Positions 11,710 to 25,953 of a DNA stretch of 64,000 nt are shown in pieces. The notes beneath the pieces were generated by a model. It did no database searches, was not told the DNA's origin, and saw nothing but the letters and a program-made list of their open reading frames with translations. Source of the DNA: Eledone cirrhosa (taxonomy: Eukaryota); assembly GCA_964016885.1 (NCBI GenBank), contig OZ024745.1, forward strand, positions 90,148,001 to 90,212,000, given 5' to 3'. The translations under genes were made by a program, and so were the position numbers. Position 1 is the first letter of the stretch. Each line of letters starts with the position of its first letter.

Positions 11710-14700
11710 GGGACGAAATGTACCCAGGGCTAAATTATTTCACAGCGAAACAATTATGCCAACAAGCGACGTTTGTTGAACGTAAAAATAAGATAAATAT
11801 TATTAATTGTAAGTCCCCCACAGCAAACATGTTATCAACAAAACGTGCTACAGGTCGCCATGCTACTAGACTTCCTAGCAGCCAGGTTGAACAGCGCCTT
11901 GAAACAACTATGCCTGTAAGAAACTTGACACCACCTGTACCATCTAAGTCTACCTCGAATGCTGGGGAAAACACTATCGATAATAATAATAATCGAAGAA
12001 ATAATAATAATAATTGAAGAAATTTGACACCACGTGTACCATCCGAGTCTACCTCGACTGTTGTGGAAAACACTATCGATAATGATAATAATCAAAAGTA
12101 TAAACAATTGAAATTTTCCCTCAACGAAATCTTTCAGAGAGAAATTAATTCATGTATAAATATATCTCTTGCTGAACGTATTAAAACGACAATGTTTAAT
12201 AAAAAACCAAATAATGAAATATTACGTGTTATTGACGAAATAGGGGATGAATATTTACAACGGATAAAAACCCCAACATTTTGGCAAATCAACGCCTGTT
12301 TATATGCCTTAGCAACGACAGTGAAGCATTATCTTGGTGATAGCAGAGATATTAACAAGAACAGAAAACCATCAAAAATACCATCATATAAAACTAAAAT
12401 AGAAAAAAAGATTGCTGACCTACGAAAAAAACATAGGATATGTGACAATGCTCCTTACATGCAAACAAACACAAAAAACCTCACTCCTCACCAACAAAGA
12501 GTGAAAAATAAAATAGAGACGATGTTTGGTAACAGTAGAACCAGAACTCTCCAATATAAGCTGATCACCCTCAAACAAGAATTGAGAGCTGTTAGTGAAA
12601 AACGCCGATACCTGAAGAAGGTAGATGAGAGAAACGTGCTTAATAAAAGATTCAGACGAAACCAAACATTTAGTCTATAGAGATATGAAGGGCAAAATAA
12701 TAAGTGCCACTGAGGCCCCATCCCAGAAAGACATAGATTCCTTTTGGAGCAAAATATGGGGTGAAAAGAAATTGTCAACCAAGATGCAATGTGGCTAAGA
12801 GAAATCCGAAAGAACTATTGCTCCTACACTACAACAAAAACATACGAAATAAGTGAGGGTACCCTTGAGACTGTAATAGGAAAACTCAAAGTTATGAAAA
12901 CACCAGGAAGAGACATGATTGTCGGCTACTGGTACAAAAAACTGATATTCTATCGGAGGTATCTTACTGACCTCTTCCAACAAGTTCTTAAGGGAGATAC
13001 ACTTATACCAGAATGGTTGACATTAGCACAAACATTACTGGTCCCCAAGAACAAAGACACCCACTTGGCAAATAACTACCGACCCATTGCATGCCAGAAC
13101 CTGATGTATAAGATGTATACAGCCTGCCTGAACATATTCCTACAAGATCACTGTGAAAATAATAACATCATCACAGATGAACAAGCAGCTGGAAAGAAAA
13201 GGGTTTGGGGATGTGCTGAACAACTCCTAATCAACAAAACTGCGATGTAGGAGGAATATGACTACAGTCTGGCTGGACTACAGGAAAGCTTTAGATTCTC
13301 TTCCCCACTCTTGGATGATAGAGGCCCTACAACTTGCTAAAGTCCCAGACATTATTGTCAGAGCCATAGAGAGGCTGTCTTCTTCTTGGGCTACTATCCT
13401 GAGGTTAAAGACAGAGAGGGAGGACTCTATTTTCACTGATAAAATAAAATATTGCTGGGGTATATTTCAGGGGGACAGTCTCTCTGTGATATTATTCATC
13501 TTGTCATTAAACCCCTTGTCCTTTCTGCTCAAGAAATGTGAGGGATACACATTGGTTCACAGGAGGACAGAAATACGAACCTAACCCATAATTTCTTTGT
13601 GGACGATCTGAAAATCTATGCCAAGAACATGGATGGGATGAAGAAAATCTTGACCTGGTTACAACGTTCTCAAAGGATATAGGAATGGAGTTTAGCCAAT
13701 ATAAATGCTCATACATGACTGTAAAGCGGGGAAAAACAACAACCCAATCTAGCAACATTATCATCAATGGCCCAACTGTTTCACCGATATCTGATGAGGA
13801 CTGCTACAGATACCTGGGTATAGATGAGAACATATCCTATAATGGTATATGTAATTAAGAACGCATAACCAGGGAATACTACACCCGATTAAGAAAGATC
13901 TGGTCATCGGAACTCTCTGCGTAAAACAAAACAGTGGCTCACAATGTGTTTGCTGTGCCTGTCATAACACCAACGTTTGGAATACTCAATTGTACGATAG
14001 ACGAAATCCGAGCAGTTGATGTTGGAACTCGAAAAATACTAAACAACACCGGAAACTTCCACATCAACAGTGACATAGACCGCCTTTACTTGAAACGTAA
14101 GTAGGGAGACAGAGGCCTAACATCTCTCCGACAACATCTACGAACATCGAAGCGTAGAAGCCCGTTTCTCGAGCAAGTCTATCTGCATGAAACAGATGAG
14201 ATCATGAGAGTTGGGAATGAACTCCTCGAGAGATATTCCCTGCGTGATAATCAAAAACTCACACATAGAGAAGTCGCTCAGCAGTATCGCAGTGAATCCA
14301 TGGATGAAAAACTACATGCTTATCAGCAAAAAATCTTGCATGGATATGTTGCCAGGAAGCTCCAGACTGAGAGTAATATAGATAAGGAAAGTAGTCTATC
14401 TTGGACCAACAACCGCTATATTGGCTCCCACTTTGAAGGATACGCTATTGCAATCCAAGAACAGGAGATTAAAACGAAATACCTTATTCATAAAAGATAT
14501 AGGGATGCTGATAAAACAGCTAGATGTGATAACAAGTGCAGACTCTGCAGAACTAATATCGAGGATATAACCCATGTCATCAGCAGCTGTCCAAAGATGT
14601 CATCGCGGTACTATCTACCTATGAGGCATGATGTAGTGGCCAAAACACCGTACAATGCAGTTCGTAAAAAAGATAGCCCCGATAATAAACACATTAAAAG

Positions 14701-15355
14701 CTACAGAAATGTGGAGGACATCATTGTACATAATATGAAAGAGTACTGGTGGAATGTTCAAGTAAAAACCCCAATAAAATGCAGGCATAACAGACCAGAT
14801 ATTATGATATGGGACAGGGAGAAGAAAGCATGCACAGTAGTGGAAATTAGCTGCCCAGAGATGCCAATATAATATCAAAGATTCGCGGAAAGGAGAATAT
14901 TTATGCAGAACTGATGAGAAATCTGCAGATACTCCACTCTGATTACACCTTCAGATTTATGCCTGTGATAATTGGGGCACTGGGGTATGTTAGTAACTGC
15001 CTCAATACAAATAATACAAATCTTGAGAAGCTGTGCTTCACAGGAACAGAAAGAACACAACTAGTTAGGAAATTACAAGTACAATCCATCAATGGAACAG
15101 TAAAAATATGTAAAACATTCCAAACATTTTGCATCTAGTAACTGCATATACACATGTACAGATGCAAAGCATATACACATCCACACATACAATACACATC
15201 CACACATGCAATAACATCCATATCTACACATGCATGCATACATAATCTACCTAGTTGATGTTGTGTAAATTCCAATGAGAGAGTCTTGTGTCTATGTTAG
15301 AAACCGACTCTCTCTCTCTATTGGTAAAATTTTGTGAAATTATAAAACCAGAAGA
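11710..15355 (+). mobile_element. R4/Dong-clade non-LTR retrotransposon (RT + CCHC + restriction-like endonuclease), near full length, degenerate
   Basis: NYRPIAC, WLDYRKALDSLPHSW, GIFQGDSLS, FVDDLK, CRLC...HVISSC, RHDVVA, NRPDIMIWD...VEISCP. Bounded on both sides by (CATA)n. Confidence 0.88.
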
Positions 15356-15379
15356 ACATACATACATACATACATACAT

Positions 15380-15923
15380 GGTGGCTGCCAACTCGTTTTC
15401 GAGTACGGCCATTTCTTTATATCCATGTAGGAGAACCCCTACCGATGCGCTGAACTAGTGTGACTTTTTAGTCCACCATCGACTTGAAAACTCTGGTACA
15501 AACACTACACTTGTGACAATTATTGACACATATTGCTGGGCCCATGGTACCATGTGACGACAAGTGCAGAGAGATCTCCAGATATAAAGCAATGCCTGTG
15601 CTGTGAAGCTTTTATAGTGAGCAAAGGTACTTCACAAAGCCAGTCCCACTCTCTTAACCAAGATGATATTTACCAAAAAGAAGAACAAGTCAACATCATC
15701 GGATACCATCAGGGTTGCAGGTGTTATATCAGAGTTTTCCTTCTCCTAGAATTCTGCCTTGACAAAGGCTAAGGGGTCATCTCTCCCGGTGATGTTGGAT
15801 GGCCATTGACTCTTAAGAGCTCCTTTGCCCAGGTTTTGTATTTAGTCCTGCAGGATGTCCAAAGTCACCCTCATCACCAAGAAACCTTCGTGGGGTTGCC
15901 AGTTTAGTCGCGAACGACCCGAC
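15380..15923 (-). mobile_element. Probable 5' UTR fragment of an RTE-type LINE
   Basis: Contains GGAGAAGGAAAACTCTG, reminiscent of RTE 5' UTRs. Same strand as the RTE fragment on the other side of the R4 element. No ORF support. Confidence 0.35.
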
Positions 15924-16367
15924 CATACATACATACATACATACATACATACATACATACATACATACATACATACATACATACATACATACATACATAC
16001 ATACTGGATTCTGGAATGTTTTCTATGTATATGTGAGTATTTTTGTTACTCTATAACATTTTATTGCCTTCAATATTTTCTTTGTAAAATACCAGTTTAA
16101 CTTTCGAGCTGGCATGTTGTAAACATGTGAGGTAATGTGTAATGTCAAAATGTTGCTATTATTAGCATTATTATTGTTATCATTATTATCATTATTTGAA
16201 ACTTCCTTTGAGTTCTGTTTCTTTCCCAAATCATGCCGAGTGTCGTCTTGACACCTGAAGCAAAATTTGGTAATTAACACGTTTTACGATGAATTGTCAT
16301 ACAAATGATGCCACAAGGGCACAAACAGCAGTAAATGTCTTTGCAAGGTTTTTAAATTTATTATTAT

Positions 16368-17690
16368 TCGGACGCCATGCTTTGCCGCTTAGAGTTACGG
16401 CCCTTTACGGTTTGAGTCCAAATCCTGCCGAGGTTAACTTTGCCTTTCATCCTTACGGGGCGATAGAATAAAGCACCAGTAACGTACTGGGGTCAATTTA
16501 ATCGACTTTCCCACCCCACAAATTACTGGCTTTGTGTCCATACTAGAAATCATTATTATTCGGACATGCACTGGGTAATTGCTGGCCTTGTGCCTAAAGT
16601 AGAAACAATTATTATTCGGACGCCATGATTTACAGCATAGAGTTACGCCCCTTTACGGTATGAACTCAAATCCCGCCGAGGTTAACTTTGCCTTACGAGG
16701 TCGATACAATAAAGTACCAGTAATGCACTGGGTAGATTTAAACGACATCCCCCTACCCCAAAATTGCTGGCATTGTGCCTATATAAGAAACCATTCTTCT
16801 TATTATTATTATTGATTGTCAGTATCGGTAGAGCGTCGCACAAAATGCTTTGTATTTAGTTACAACTTTCGGCTTTCTGAGTTCAAATTCCGTTGAGGTT
16901 AGCTTTGTCTTTCATCCATTCAGGGTCAACAAAATAAAGTACCAGTAACGCAAGTTATTTTAGATCGATTTAATCGACCTTCCCCTTCCCTGCAAATTGC
17001 TGACCTTTTGCTAAAGGTAAAAACAATAATAATTACCTGGATGATGGGTTGACAGGATTGTTAAAGCGTCTAACGGAATGCTTTGCGGCATTTATTTACG
17101 ACCCTTTATGGCCTGAGTACAAATGCCACCACAGCCAACTTCCATTTTTCTGGAGATCAATAAAATAAAGTACCAGTTAAGTACTGAGTTCGATATAATT
17201 GATTTTCCTCATCCCATAAATTTCTGGCTTTTATGAATGTTAGGAAGAATCATATTACTATCTTGATGAGAGATTGACAGAATCATTAGAGCGCCGGACA
17301 AAATGAGCTGTGTTATTTGTTCTGGCTCTTTGTGTTTTGAATTCAAATCCAGCCAAGTTTAACATTTTTTGGTTCATCCTTCCATATTCGATAAAATAAA
17401 GTAATAGTCAATTTCTCCTGAAATTATTATTGTCATTGTTGTTGTGTGTTTTTAGAAGATGGGCGTGTTTTTAGATTTTCAAGCCTGTTGTTCATTTATT
17501 CCACTATTTGTAATTAAAACGCTAATAGAAATAAGATGCAAGTTCAAATGCCACTGAGGTCAAATCTGCCTTTCATCTTTTCGGTGTCGATAAAATAAAG
17601 TACCAATCGAGAGAGCTGGATTGCCGAAATTGTTAGTGTACCGAGTCAGATGCTTTATAATATTTGTTCTGGCTCTTTGAGTTCTGAATA
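16368..17690 (+). mobile_element. Head-to-tail cluster of about 7 copies of the main SINE family
   Basis: Repeated GAGTTCAAATCC B-box and GATAAAATAAAGTACCAG core, separated by (TTA)n tails. Confidence 0.85.
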
Positions 17691-18924
17691 CAAATCCCCC
17701 TGTGGCGTATATGGATGGTAGATTTTATCCGTTGCCCTATTTAACGCCACCACCTTGGACGCCTTTATACGAATTTGTTGTAAATACTCAGACCAGGAGG
17801 TTTCCGATTTGATGATACCTTCCTTCGACATACACCTCAAACCCGGGAGCCCTGAAAATGTTCATGAACATAGCACTTCCCTCTGTGACAAAACAGTAAA
17901 ATATTATTTCAGTAAATTCTACTTTGGGATTAGGATGAACTTTAAAGATTACTGTTTGTTGTTGTTTTGAAGATTAAACTGGTCAATCTTGATCGAGAAG
18001 ATATGTGATCAACTGCAATCCAACCGTGACTGTTCCGTTTTTTATGGAGTAACTCTAACTACTTTTATCTAGTATGTTCTTTCCATTATAAGTTGTGATT
18101 TGAGGGACATGTAGCTACTATTTATAAAAGCTTGAGTAGCCTCGTAGAGCCACTCTTGTGAGCTCAATTGAATATCTTGCTCACTTTAGCGATTGGTAAT
18201 CAAGGACAACCTGGCAGCTTTCGCCATATCTGGATAGTAGTGTGAATCGGAATGAAAGCTAGACTGAAAAGACTGGCAAGAGCTTAGAAGCAAATGGTGT
18301 GCATAGTAACAACTTGCAAGGCACTGATAACAAAACGAAAGGTTCAGTGGTGTGTAGAACGAAGCAGCAGTAGAATAAACTAAGGAAAGTGCGTGAAAAT
18401 TAACGCTGAAATGAAGCATTTACAGATGCAGAAGTAATTTGAGACGGGATTTTATGTCAACTTCTTCTGAATACATGCATGGCTATAAATTAACAGAAAA
18501 ACTGGCATATCTCTTAGAAACATAGAGGGTGAGATGCTTAAAAAGCGGAAATTGAGAATCCTGTTTTTATTTATTTTATTTTATGACTACATTACAGTGA
18601 ACCAAGCTAATATAATGAAGTAAACGAGACGTTTTTAGTCATGTTGTACTTTATTATCTCAAGAGGCATTACTTACGCACCTCAGTGTTGCATGTGCCAC
18701 GTAACACCACCATTACTATTGTGCTTGTATTTGTTTATTAATAGTAATGAAATTAATGGGGAGAATAATAAAGTCGTGGAAACGTTGTAGCAAAAGTCTT
18801 CATAATAAAAGAAATCTTCTGGATTAAGTTTGACATTATTGACCATGTTGTTGCAGAAATAGAGATAGATGTCTACAGAAGAGAAGGCTATGTCTTAGAA
18901 GAGTGGACTGGGCGTAAAAGTAGC

Positions 18925-19200
18925 AGTCTGTCTTAAGCCAGATGGCTCATTTGGCCGGTGCTTATCCCGGTTTGATGGCGTGAAGCGAATGAGAATACAA
19001 GACTCCCCACTGGACAGGACACCAGTCTATCGCAGGGTTAAACCCCCAGCTATTGCTGGTATTCATTTTCATCTGAGTATACTGGAGCAACGTGAAATGA
19101 AGTGTCTTGCTCAAGAACACAATACGCAACCCAGGAATTGAACCCACGATATTATGATCGTAAGTCCAACACCATTACCACTAGACCACGTGCCTCCACG
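18925..19200 (-). mobile_element. Second tRNA-derived SINE family (CORE/V-domain-like body)
   Basis: A box TGGTCTAGTGG, B box GGTTCAATTCC, then CTTGAGCAAGACACTT and CCTGCGATAGACTGGTGTCCTGTCCAG. Confidence 0.75.
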
Positions 19201-21019
19201 CAGTAGCAGCAGCAATTAAAAATTAAAAAAATACCATATCATTAGTAACTTCTGATATGATGATATCTGTCAATTTTGATATAATTCTCAATTTAAAAAT
19301 GAATGTTATAAACGCCTAGCAGCAATTATTTCTATACGTCAATATTCCAAGTTCAAATCCCTTCTGGGTCGATGAAACAAGTAATAGATCGATTTAATCG
19401 ATTAAACAAACTTTTTTTCTGAACAAATCTTTCGTCTTACACAAACTTGAGAAATCAATATCAAATTTATTTTAAAGACAATATACTCAATGGCCTTTAA
19501 TAATTTACTTCCTTACTCACTGGCCTTTACGAATGTATTTCCTTACTCTGGTGTTTATAGTTCAAATCCATTCGAGGCCATCTACGCCTTTAAATATCTA
19601 CCGAGTGTACACTGTATGAGTTAATTTAATCTACTTTAAATTCCCCTTAGGAATTTCCCCGCCGTTTGCCAATGGGAAAAATCAATCTATTTACATTCTA
19701 TTTATTCCTGCAATTACCGATTTTATTTCCTTTCTTTCTTGTTACAGATCTTTCGTTCTGGTAAACATTGTTGTTCTTCTGGTTCGTTAGTTAGTTTGTT
19801 TTTTTCTACGTGATCTCGTTTGTTTTATTCTATCTTTGTTTATTTTATTTTATTTTATTTTATTTTATTTTATATATTTTTTTTATTGTTTCTACTTATA
19901 TTTTCGTCTATTTAACTCTATATGAAACCTACTAAATCGATCCGATTCACCGGTTCGAAACTCCTTATTGGATTGCACACAAACCGTTTAGTTAGAAGAC
20001 CGAGCAATAAACAGACCGGATGTAGCACCTACTGTGATAAAATGCTAGAATTGGATGGAAAAGAAATTTATCCAACTGTGACAAAAACACGCAGACAACA
20101 TCTAAATATCTTTTTTCTTCAAACGCTGACATTCGATCAATGGAACAACCTTTTAGCGAACGGCGGTATAGATCTTTCTTGAAATGGCCCTCCAGGAAAC
20201 TCAAACACACGAACACATACACAAACACATACACACAGACACACGAACGCACACACACATGCATACATATATACAAACACATATACACACACGCACACGC
20301 ACACATATACACACAAACACATACACACAAACACACACTACACACACACGCACACAAACAAACACACACGCACACATACAAACACATTACACACACAAAC
20401 ACGTACGCGCACAAACACACACACGACGCACACATATACACACTCGCACACATACAAACACATATCACACATACAAACACACACACATACACACATACAC
20501 CACACACACATATACACACACATACACAGTCACACACACACACACACACACCACATACGCACACCACACGCGCGCACAAACACATACACACCACACAAAT
20601 ACACAAACACATACACGCACAAACACACACACACATACACGCACAAACACACAAACATCACATACACACATTTATGACCAGGTAAATGTTTTCTGTTGTT
20701 CATTATAAAGAAATAAAGTACCAATAATGCACTGGGTAATTGCTGGCCTTGTGCCAAAAGTAGAAACAATTATAAAGAAATAATGAAACAAGATGGCGGT
20801 AAAATGTCAGTCAATAAAGTACAAGATATAAGTAGCTACAGTATATTGTCCCGGCTCTCTAGACTCTCAGTTCAAACACTGCCCAGGTCGACTTTGCATT
20901 TCAACATTTCTAGGAAGTGATAGATAATGTATCACTCAACTCCTGGAGCCATTCCTCCGTTAAATCCTCCCTCCTCTCTCTTTCTTTCTCTCTCTCTCTC
21001 TCTATATATATATATAATG

Positions 21020-23064
21020 ATTAAAACATAAAGTTCAGGAAACACAAATCTGAATTCCAAAAGGAATTAGACTCTACCTTTCTGCAACTGAAAAATTTAA
21101 ACAAGGCCCATGTCCATTCTGACAAAACTGGTAATCTGTACCATATGGACATCGATAAATATAACCTGTTCATTTATAAAGAACTTAGAAAAACTACAAG
21201 AAAACCGGCCCCACCGCACTGACATCCTTGAACAACACATCATGCGATATAGTAAAAAAACTCCATATTGAAGATAGGACGGAACCATTCACACCTAAAA
21301 GCCCGCACTTCAACCTGAAGGACCACAAATCTGACTTTAATTCGAACCCATCTATTAGACTGATATGCCCATCAAAATCTGATATCGGTACTATCAGCAA
21401 GAAAATTATTGATCGAATCATCCCGCAGATTAGAAAATTTATAACACTTCCCAGGTTATTGAATGGTTCACTAACATCGAGAATAAAAACGCAGCTTCAT
21501 TCATACAATTCGACATCGATTTTTACTATTCTTCGATTTCTCCAATTCTATTAAACAAAGCACTGATTTTCGCCAGAAATAGATCGGATTTATCTACTGA
21601 GGAAATTAATATCATAACACACGCTAGAAAAACCTTACTAAACTTCCAAGAAGAACACTGGACAACAAACACATATAACAACTTATTCGATATAACGATG
21701 GGATCCATGGACTCTGCTCAAGTTAAAGACCTTGTTGGACTATTTCTCCTCTATAATATTCATTTCTCTTTTCCCCACCTCAAAGGTGGTCTTTATCGGG
21801 ATTGTCTATTGATATCTAACAATCTTAGCAATTCTAATATAGAGAAAAACAAAAATAAAATTAGAAAATTCCTCAAGGACTATTACAACCTTAATATCAC
21901 CTTTGAAAACACCTCAAAAGTAGCTAACTTCCTTGACATTACCTTAGACCTCTCTACGAATATTTATCAACCTTACCACAAACCCAACCAGAATCTACAC
22001 TATGTACATTCACGCTCTAACCACCCTGGCTCTATACTCAAAAACTTAGTATATAACATATCTCTTAGACTTTCTAAATTATCTTCCAATGAGGATATAT
22101 TTTATAAAAATGAACCCTCCTACAACGAAGCCCTAACTAAAAGTGGATATAAAGAAAAAATGTCATATATCCCCAACACTACTATGGACCTAGCAAAACC
22201 TAGCAAAACTACAAACACCCAAAAATACCATCGAAACAAATGCCTAATGGATTACTACACGATCTATTACCAATGTTAACAATTCACATATGACTACCAA
22301 ACATTCAACCTCTCATAATCTACCCAATAATAACACCAAATACAACCACTGCAATTTACCAAAATCCACTAATAGAAATACTAACTATAGGAACTCTTCT
22401 AGAACATAGCACATTAATATAAGTGAGAATAAGAACTTAACTAAAAACCGCAAAAGAAACATAACATGATACAACGCACCCTTCAACCTGCAAACTATTG
22501 TACAAATCTCAAAAGAAAGCTTCGAAATTCTACATAAACATTTTCCACCAAACCACAGATACCAGCAAATATTTAATAGGTATACTGTTAAATTCTTATA
22601 CTCTACATCAAACAATCTCCAACAGAAAAAAAGCAACTACAACATTTAACATTTTAAAAATAATATGACCACACCACCACAACATAATTTAACTAATAAT
22701 GCACCTTTTAAAAGGACAAATAATACAATTATTCAACCTGGAAAACACAACCACCCAAATCACCAACACAAAAACAACATAACACAAAATCACAATACAA
22801 CCCCAGCACTAAATCACCCACAAAGCAGCACTCATTCTCTCTCTAACACTAATTACAATAAGAATAGCTCCAGAATTAATGAGAATTATGTAGGTACCTC
22901 CAACAACCATCTTACGTATGGTTGTAATTGCATAAATAGAAGCGTTTGCCCCTTAAATTGCAACTGTTTGATTAATAATGTAATATATAAATGCACTATG
23001 TCTACTACTGACTCCAACAAATCGTATATAGGATCTACATCGAACACATTTAAGAAAAGATATA
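21020..23064 (+). mobile_element. Penelope-like element remnant, related to 5760-8935; GIY-YIG truncated
   Basis: HFNLKDHKSDFNSNPSIRLICPSKSDI, MGSMDSAQV, GGLYRD, CNCINRSVCPLNCNCL, YIGSTSNTFKKRY. Confidence 0.92.
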
Positions 23065-23562
23065 TAAATGCGAAACAAGGCCTTGTCGGCTTATCTCCCC
23101 TTGTTTGCTGAGATTAAAGTAAGTGAGTTTGTCACTACTCTAAAACAATAGCATACGGTCTTCAAAATGCTTTTAATTAAGCATAAAGTGTATTGCAAAA
23201 TACATTATATATACATTCATATATATATTGCTATTTCAGAGCTCCAATTCTAATTTTTAGTTTCTGCCTGACCGGCAACCGCTCTGTATAATCAGTTCCT
23301 GATTATTTACTAGAATTCTATAAGAATATAACATCAGTGATCTCAGTAGACAGGAGGGAGTAGTTAGCCTTGATAAGCATCAATAAATGCGAAACAAGGC
23401 CTTGTCGGCTTATCTCCCCTTGTTTGCTGAGATTAAAGTAAGTGAGTTTGTCACTACTCTAAAACAATAGCATACGGTCTTCAAAATGCTTTTAATTAAG
23501 CATAAAGTGTATTGCAAAATACATTATATATACATTCATATATATATTGCTATTTCAGAGCT
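23064..23562 (+). mobile_element. ORF-less 319-bp tandem repeat (~1.6 units) with hammerhead; retrozyme-like
   Basis: Essentially exact direct repeat with period 319 (GAAA at 23072 and 23391). Diverged relative at 59655-60254. Confidence 0.85.
23341..23432 (+). ncRNA. Extended type I hammerhead ribozyme, U3:A8 core variant
   Basis: AGCC-TTGATAA-GCAT(CAATAA)ATGC-GAAA-CAAGGCCTTG-TC-GGCT. Distal stem I is TCTCAGTAGACAGG-A-GGGAG / CTCCC-CTTGTTTGCTGAGA. Confidence 0.85.
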
Positions 23563-23937
23563 ATACTATACACACACGCAAACGCATGCGCAAAGAAGAC
23601 AAAAAAAACAAAGGAAAAAAAAAAAAAAATAAATATATAAACAGACTAAATAAAGATGGCGTAGAAAATACAATGCAACGGGAGGAAACAATAACACCAC
23701 TGACGATGTTGCAGATGTGCAACGAAAGAACTTTGATAGACTATATATGTGTTTGTGTCTATATTGTATCTGTATTTTTGACCGTTGGTCAGTCAATGGC
23801 AACATTGAGGACCGAATAATAAATTAAATTAACCGATATAAAAGACACAGAAGCGAAAAGCGAAAACCAACCAAACAGTGAGTGTGTTCTGTTATTAATT
23901 CTGGCAATATTACACAAATATGACCCTCCCCAAGTAT

Positions 23938-23983
<46 letters not shown>

Positions 23984-24460
23984 TAAGGGGAGCTAATGGG
24001 AAAGTGGAGGTAATTGCCGATTAATTTGTGTATAAGAGAAAAATGTATAGTTGTTTACAACTCCAATTAGTTAAATTCTATATGTTACTATACAATATAT
24101 TACGTTATATATGAATCCTTTTATATAACGCTATTTATTTTTTAATTTATATATTTAATTTTATATACAATCTTTTTTCTATATAATATTTTAAAGGTCT
24201 CATTTTATCACTACCTACCCATATATTAATTAAATGAATGAAATATTAGTAAGGAAGATATTGTAGTTATATTAAATGGTGGTAACTTTATGTTTATTAC
24301 CAATAGTTATTGTAGAGTATAACATCTGAGATAAACAGGAGATAAGTGGAGGAATGAGCAGATCATAGAATTTGATGCTGTGGGGGTAATTATATGCTGA
24401 TAAAACCTAGAGGTAAAGTGTTAACGGTGGTGAGGAATCCAGATCTGACATTGTTATATA

Positions 24461-25953
24461 CTAGCAGCTAGGTTTGAAGTTGTGGAAAGAAAGATGGTGG
24501 TAGTGTTGACACGTGGAGAAAATTTCTAATTTTCTATTTAGAAGATTTAGCTTAGAATAGATTATAATACGAGTCTCTAGAAGACAGAGGTTACATAATC
24601 TATTCGGTGGTTTATACGATCTGGCCATATCTATTACTTCCCATTGAAGTGTATATGGTCTATTCCTAGTTTTCAGAGAGTGTATGTAGTTAGATAAAGA
24701 AGTGGAGTTGGCTAGGTTGCGATTTTTGAAAGTGTGAAGATGCGAGTTATATCTCATCTTGAAGCAGTTCGAAGTAGAACCGATATATGTTTTCGAAGTG
24801 TTGTTTGTAATGACTGTGCATGAGTAAATGATGTCTTTGATTAAGCAAGTTTTTCCTAAGGCGCAAGTTCTATTTGTTCTACAATTACAGTTATTTTGGT
24901 TGTTTACTTGCTGGTTAATATGTTGTGTAGATGCATGGTTGTTAGGGATAGCATTAGGGTAATGATGATTATAATTCCCATTGTTATTAATTTCATTAGT
25001 GCTATTACTATTATTATTGTTGCTACTAGAATTCTCTGCTATTATGTTGTTATGTAAGTTCACTCCCTGTTGCGATTTAATTAGTTGGAAATAATTATTA
25101 ATCTTCCTTTTATCACTACTAGCTATATGGTTCGCAATGTTAGAGTAAGAGATTTTAATGGTATTTTTATTGATAAGATTATTGTAACTGGGAAGTTTTT
25201 TCCAAGATTGAGAAGAAAGCCTTAGGCAAGTTGGTAGAAACGTTTAGATTGAAAGGGGGGATTGAAAAATGTATTAATTCTTCTTCTATTTTTGTTTTTT
25301 GTAATGTTATTTAAGGTATTGTTTATATTTCTGTTTATATTATTATTATTAGGATGTTTATTCTGGTGCGAGTTAAGTTTGATATTACCCTTCGTACTAG
25401 AGTTAGAGTGGCTAATACTTTCATTACTTTTCTTCGTGGCCATATTGTCAGAAATAATGTTATAACTAGGTGATTTTATAGGCAAAAATCTAATTTTATT
25501 TTTATGGCTTGATCGAGCTAAAGCCTCATTATAGTATTGGGAATTACTGTTAAATATAGTTTCATTATATGATAGAGCGGAAATTCTATTAGATATTCCT
25601 TTAGTAATTGAGTTTAATATAGATTTAGGGTGGCTAGAGTTGGTATCTAAATAAAGTAGTTTTTCGTTTGGTTTTTGAAAGGATGTATATATTTTGGAGT
25701 CCGGGAAAAGGGTAGCATCAAGGAAGTTAACGTTTTTAGAGTTTCTATCTAAGGTAATACTTAAGTTGAAGTTTTTAAATATTTTATGCAATTGTTTCCT
25801 AGTTATTTCTATATTGAATTTTTTATAGTCAATAAGTAGTAGTGCATCATCTCGGTATAAACCACCATTGAGGTAAGGCAGATTCTTATGAATTTCATTT
25901 AAGAGATATAGACCCACCAAATCAGTGACCTGCACCGAGTCACTAGATTCCAC
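24461..25953 (-). mobile_element. Penelope-like element fragment (RT C-terminal half + GIY-YIG)
   Basis: GGLYRDDALL, NFLDATL, CNCRTNRTCALGKTCL, IIYSC...YIGSTSN, CNLC...CQH. Confidence 0.92.

Noticed and set aside
16368-17690. CRISPR-like spaced repeats
   Set aside because: Eukaryotic SINE copies with Pol III boxes and irregular spacing; no cas genes.
16105-17850. Two minus-strand segments with good acceptor sites (~16255 and ~17851)
   Set aside because: No recognisable protein similarity or clear donor. Cannot be supported without RNA data.
18925-19200. tRNA gene
   Set aside because: Only a tRNA-like head continuing into a SINE body; no full cloverleaf.
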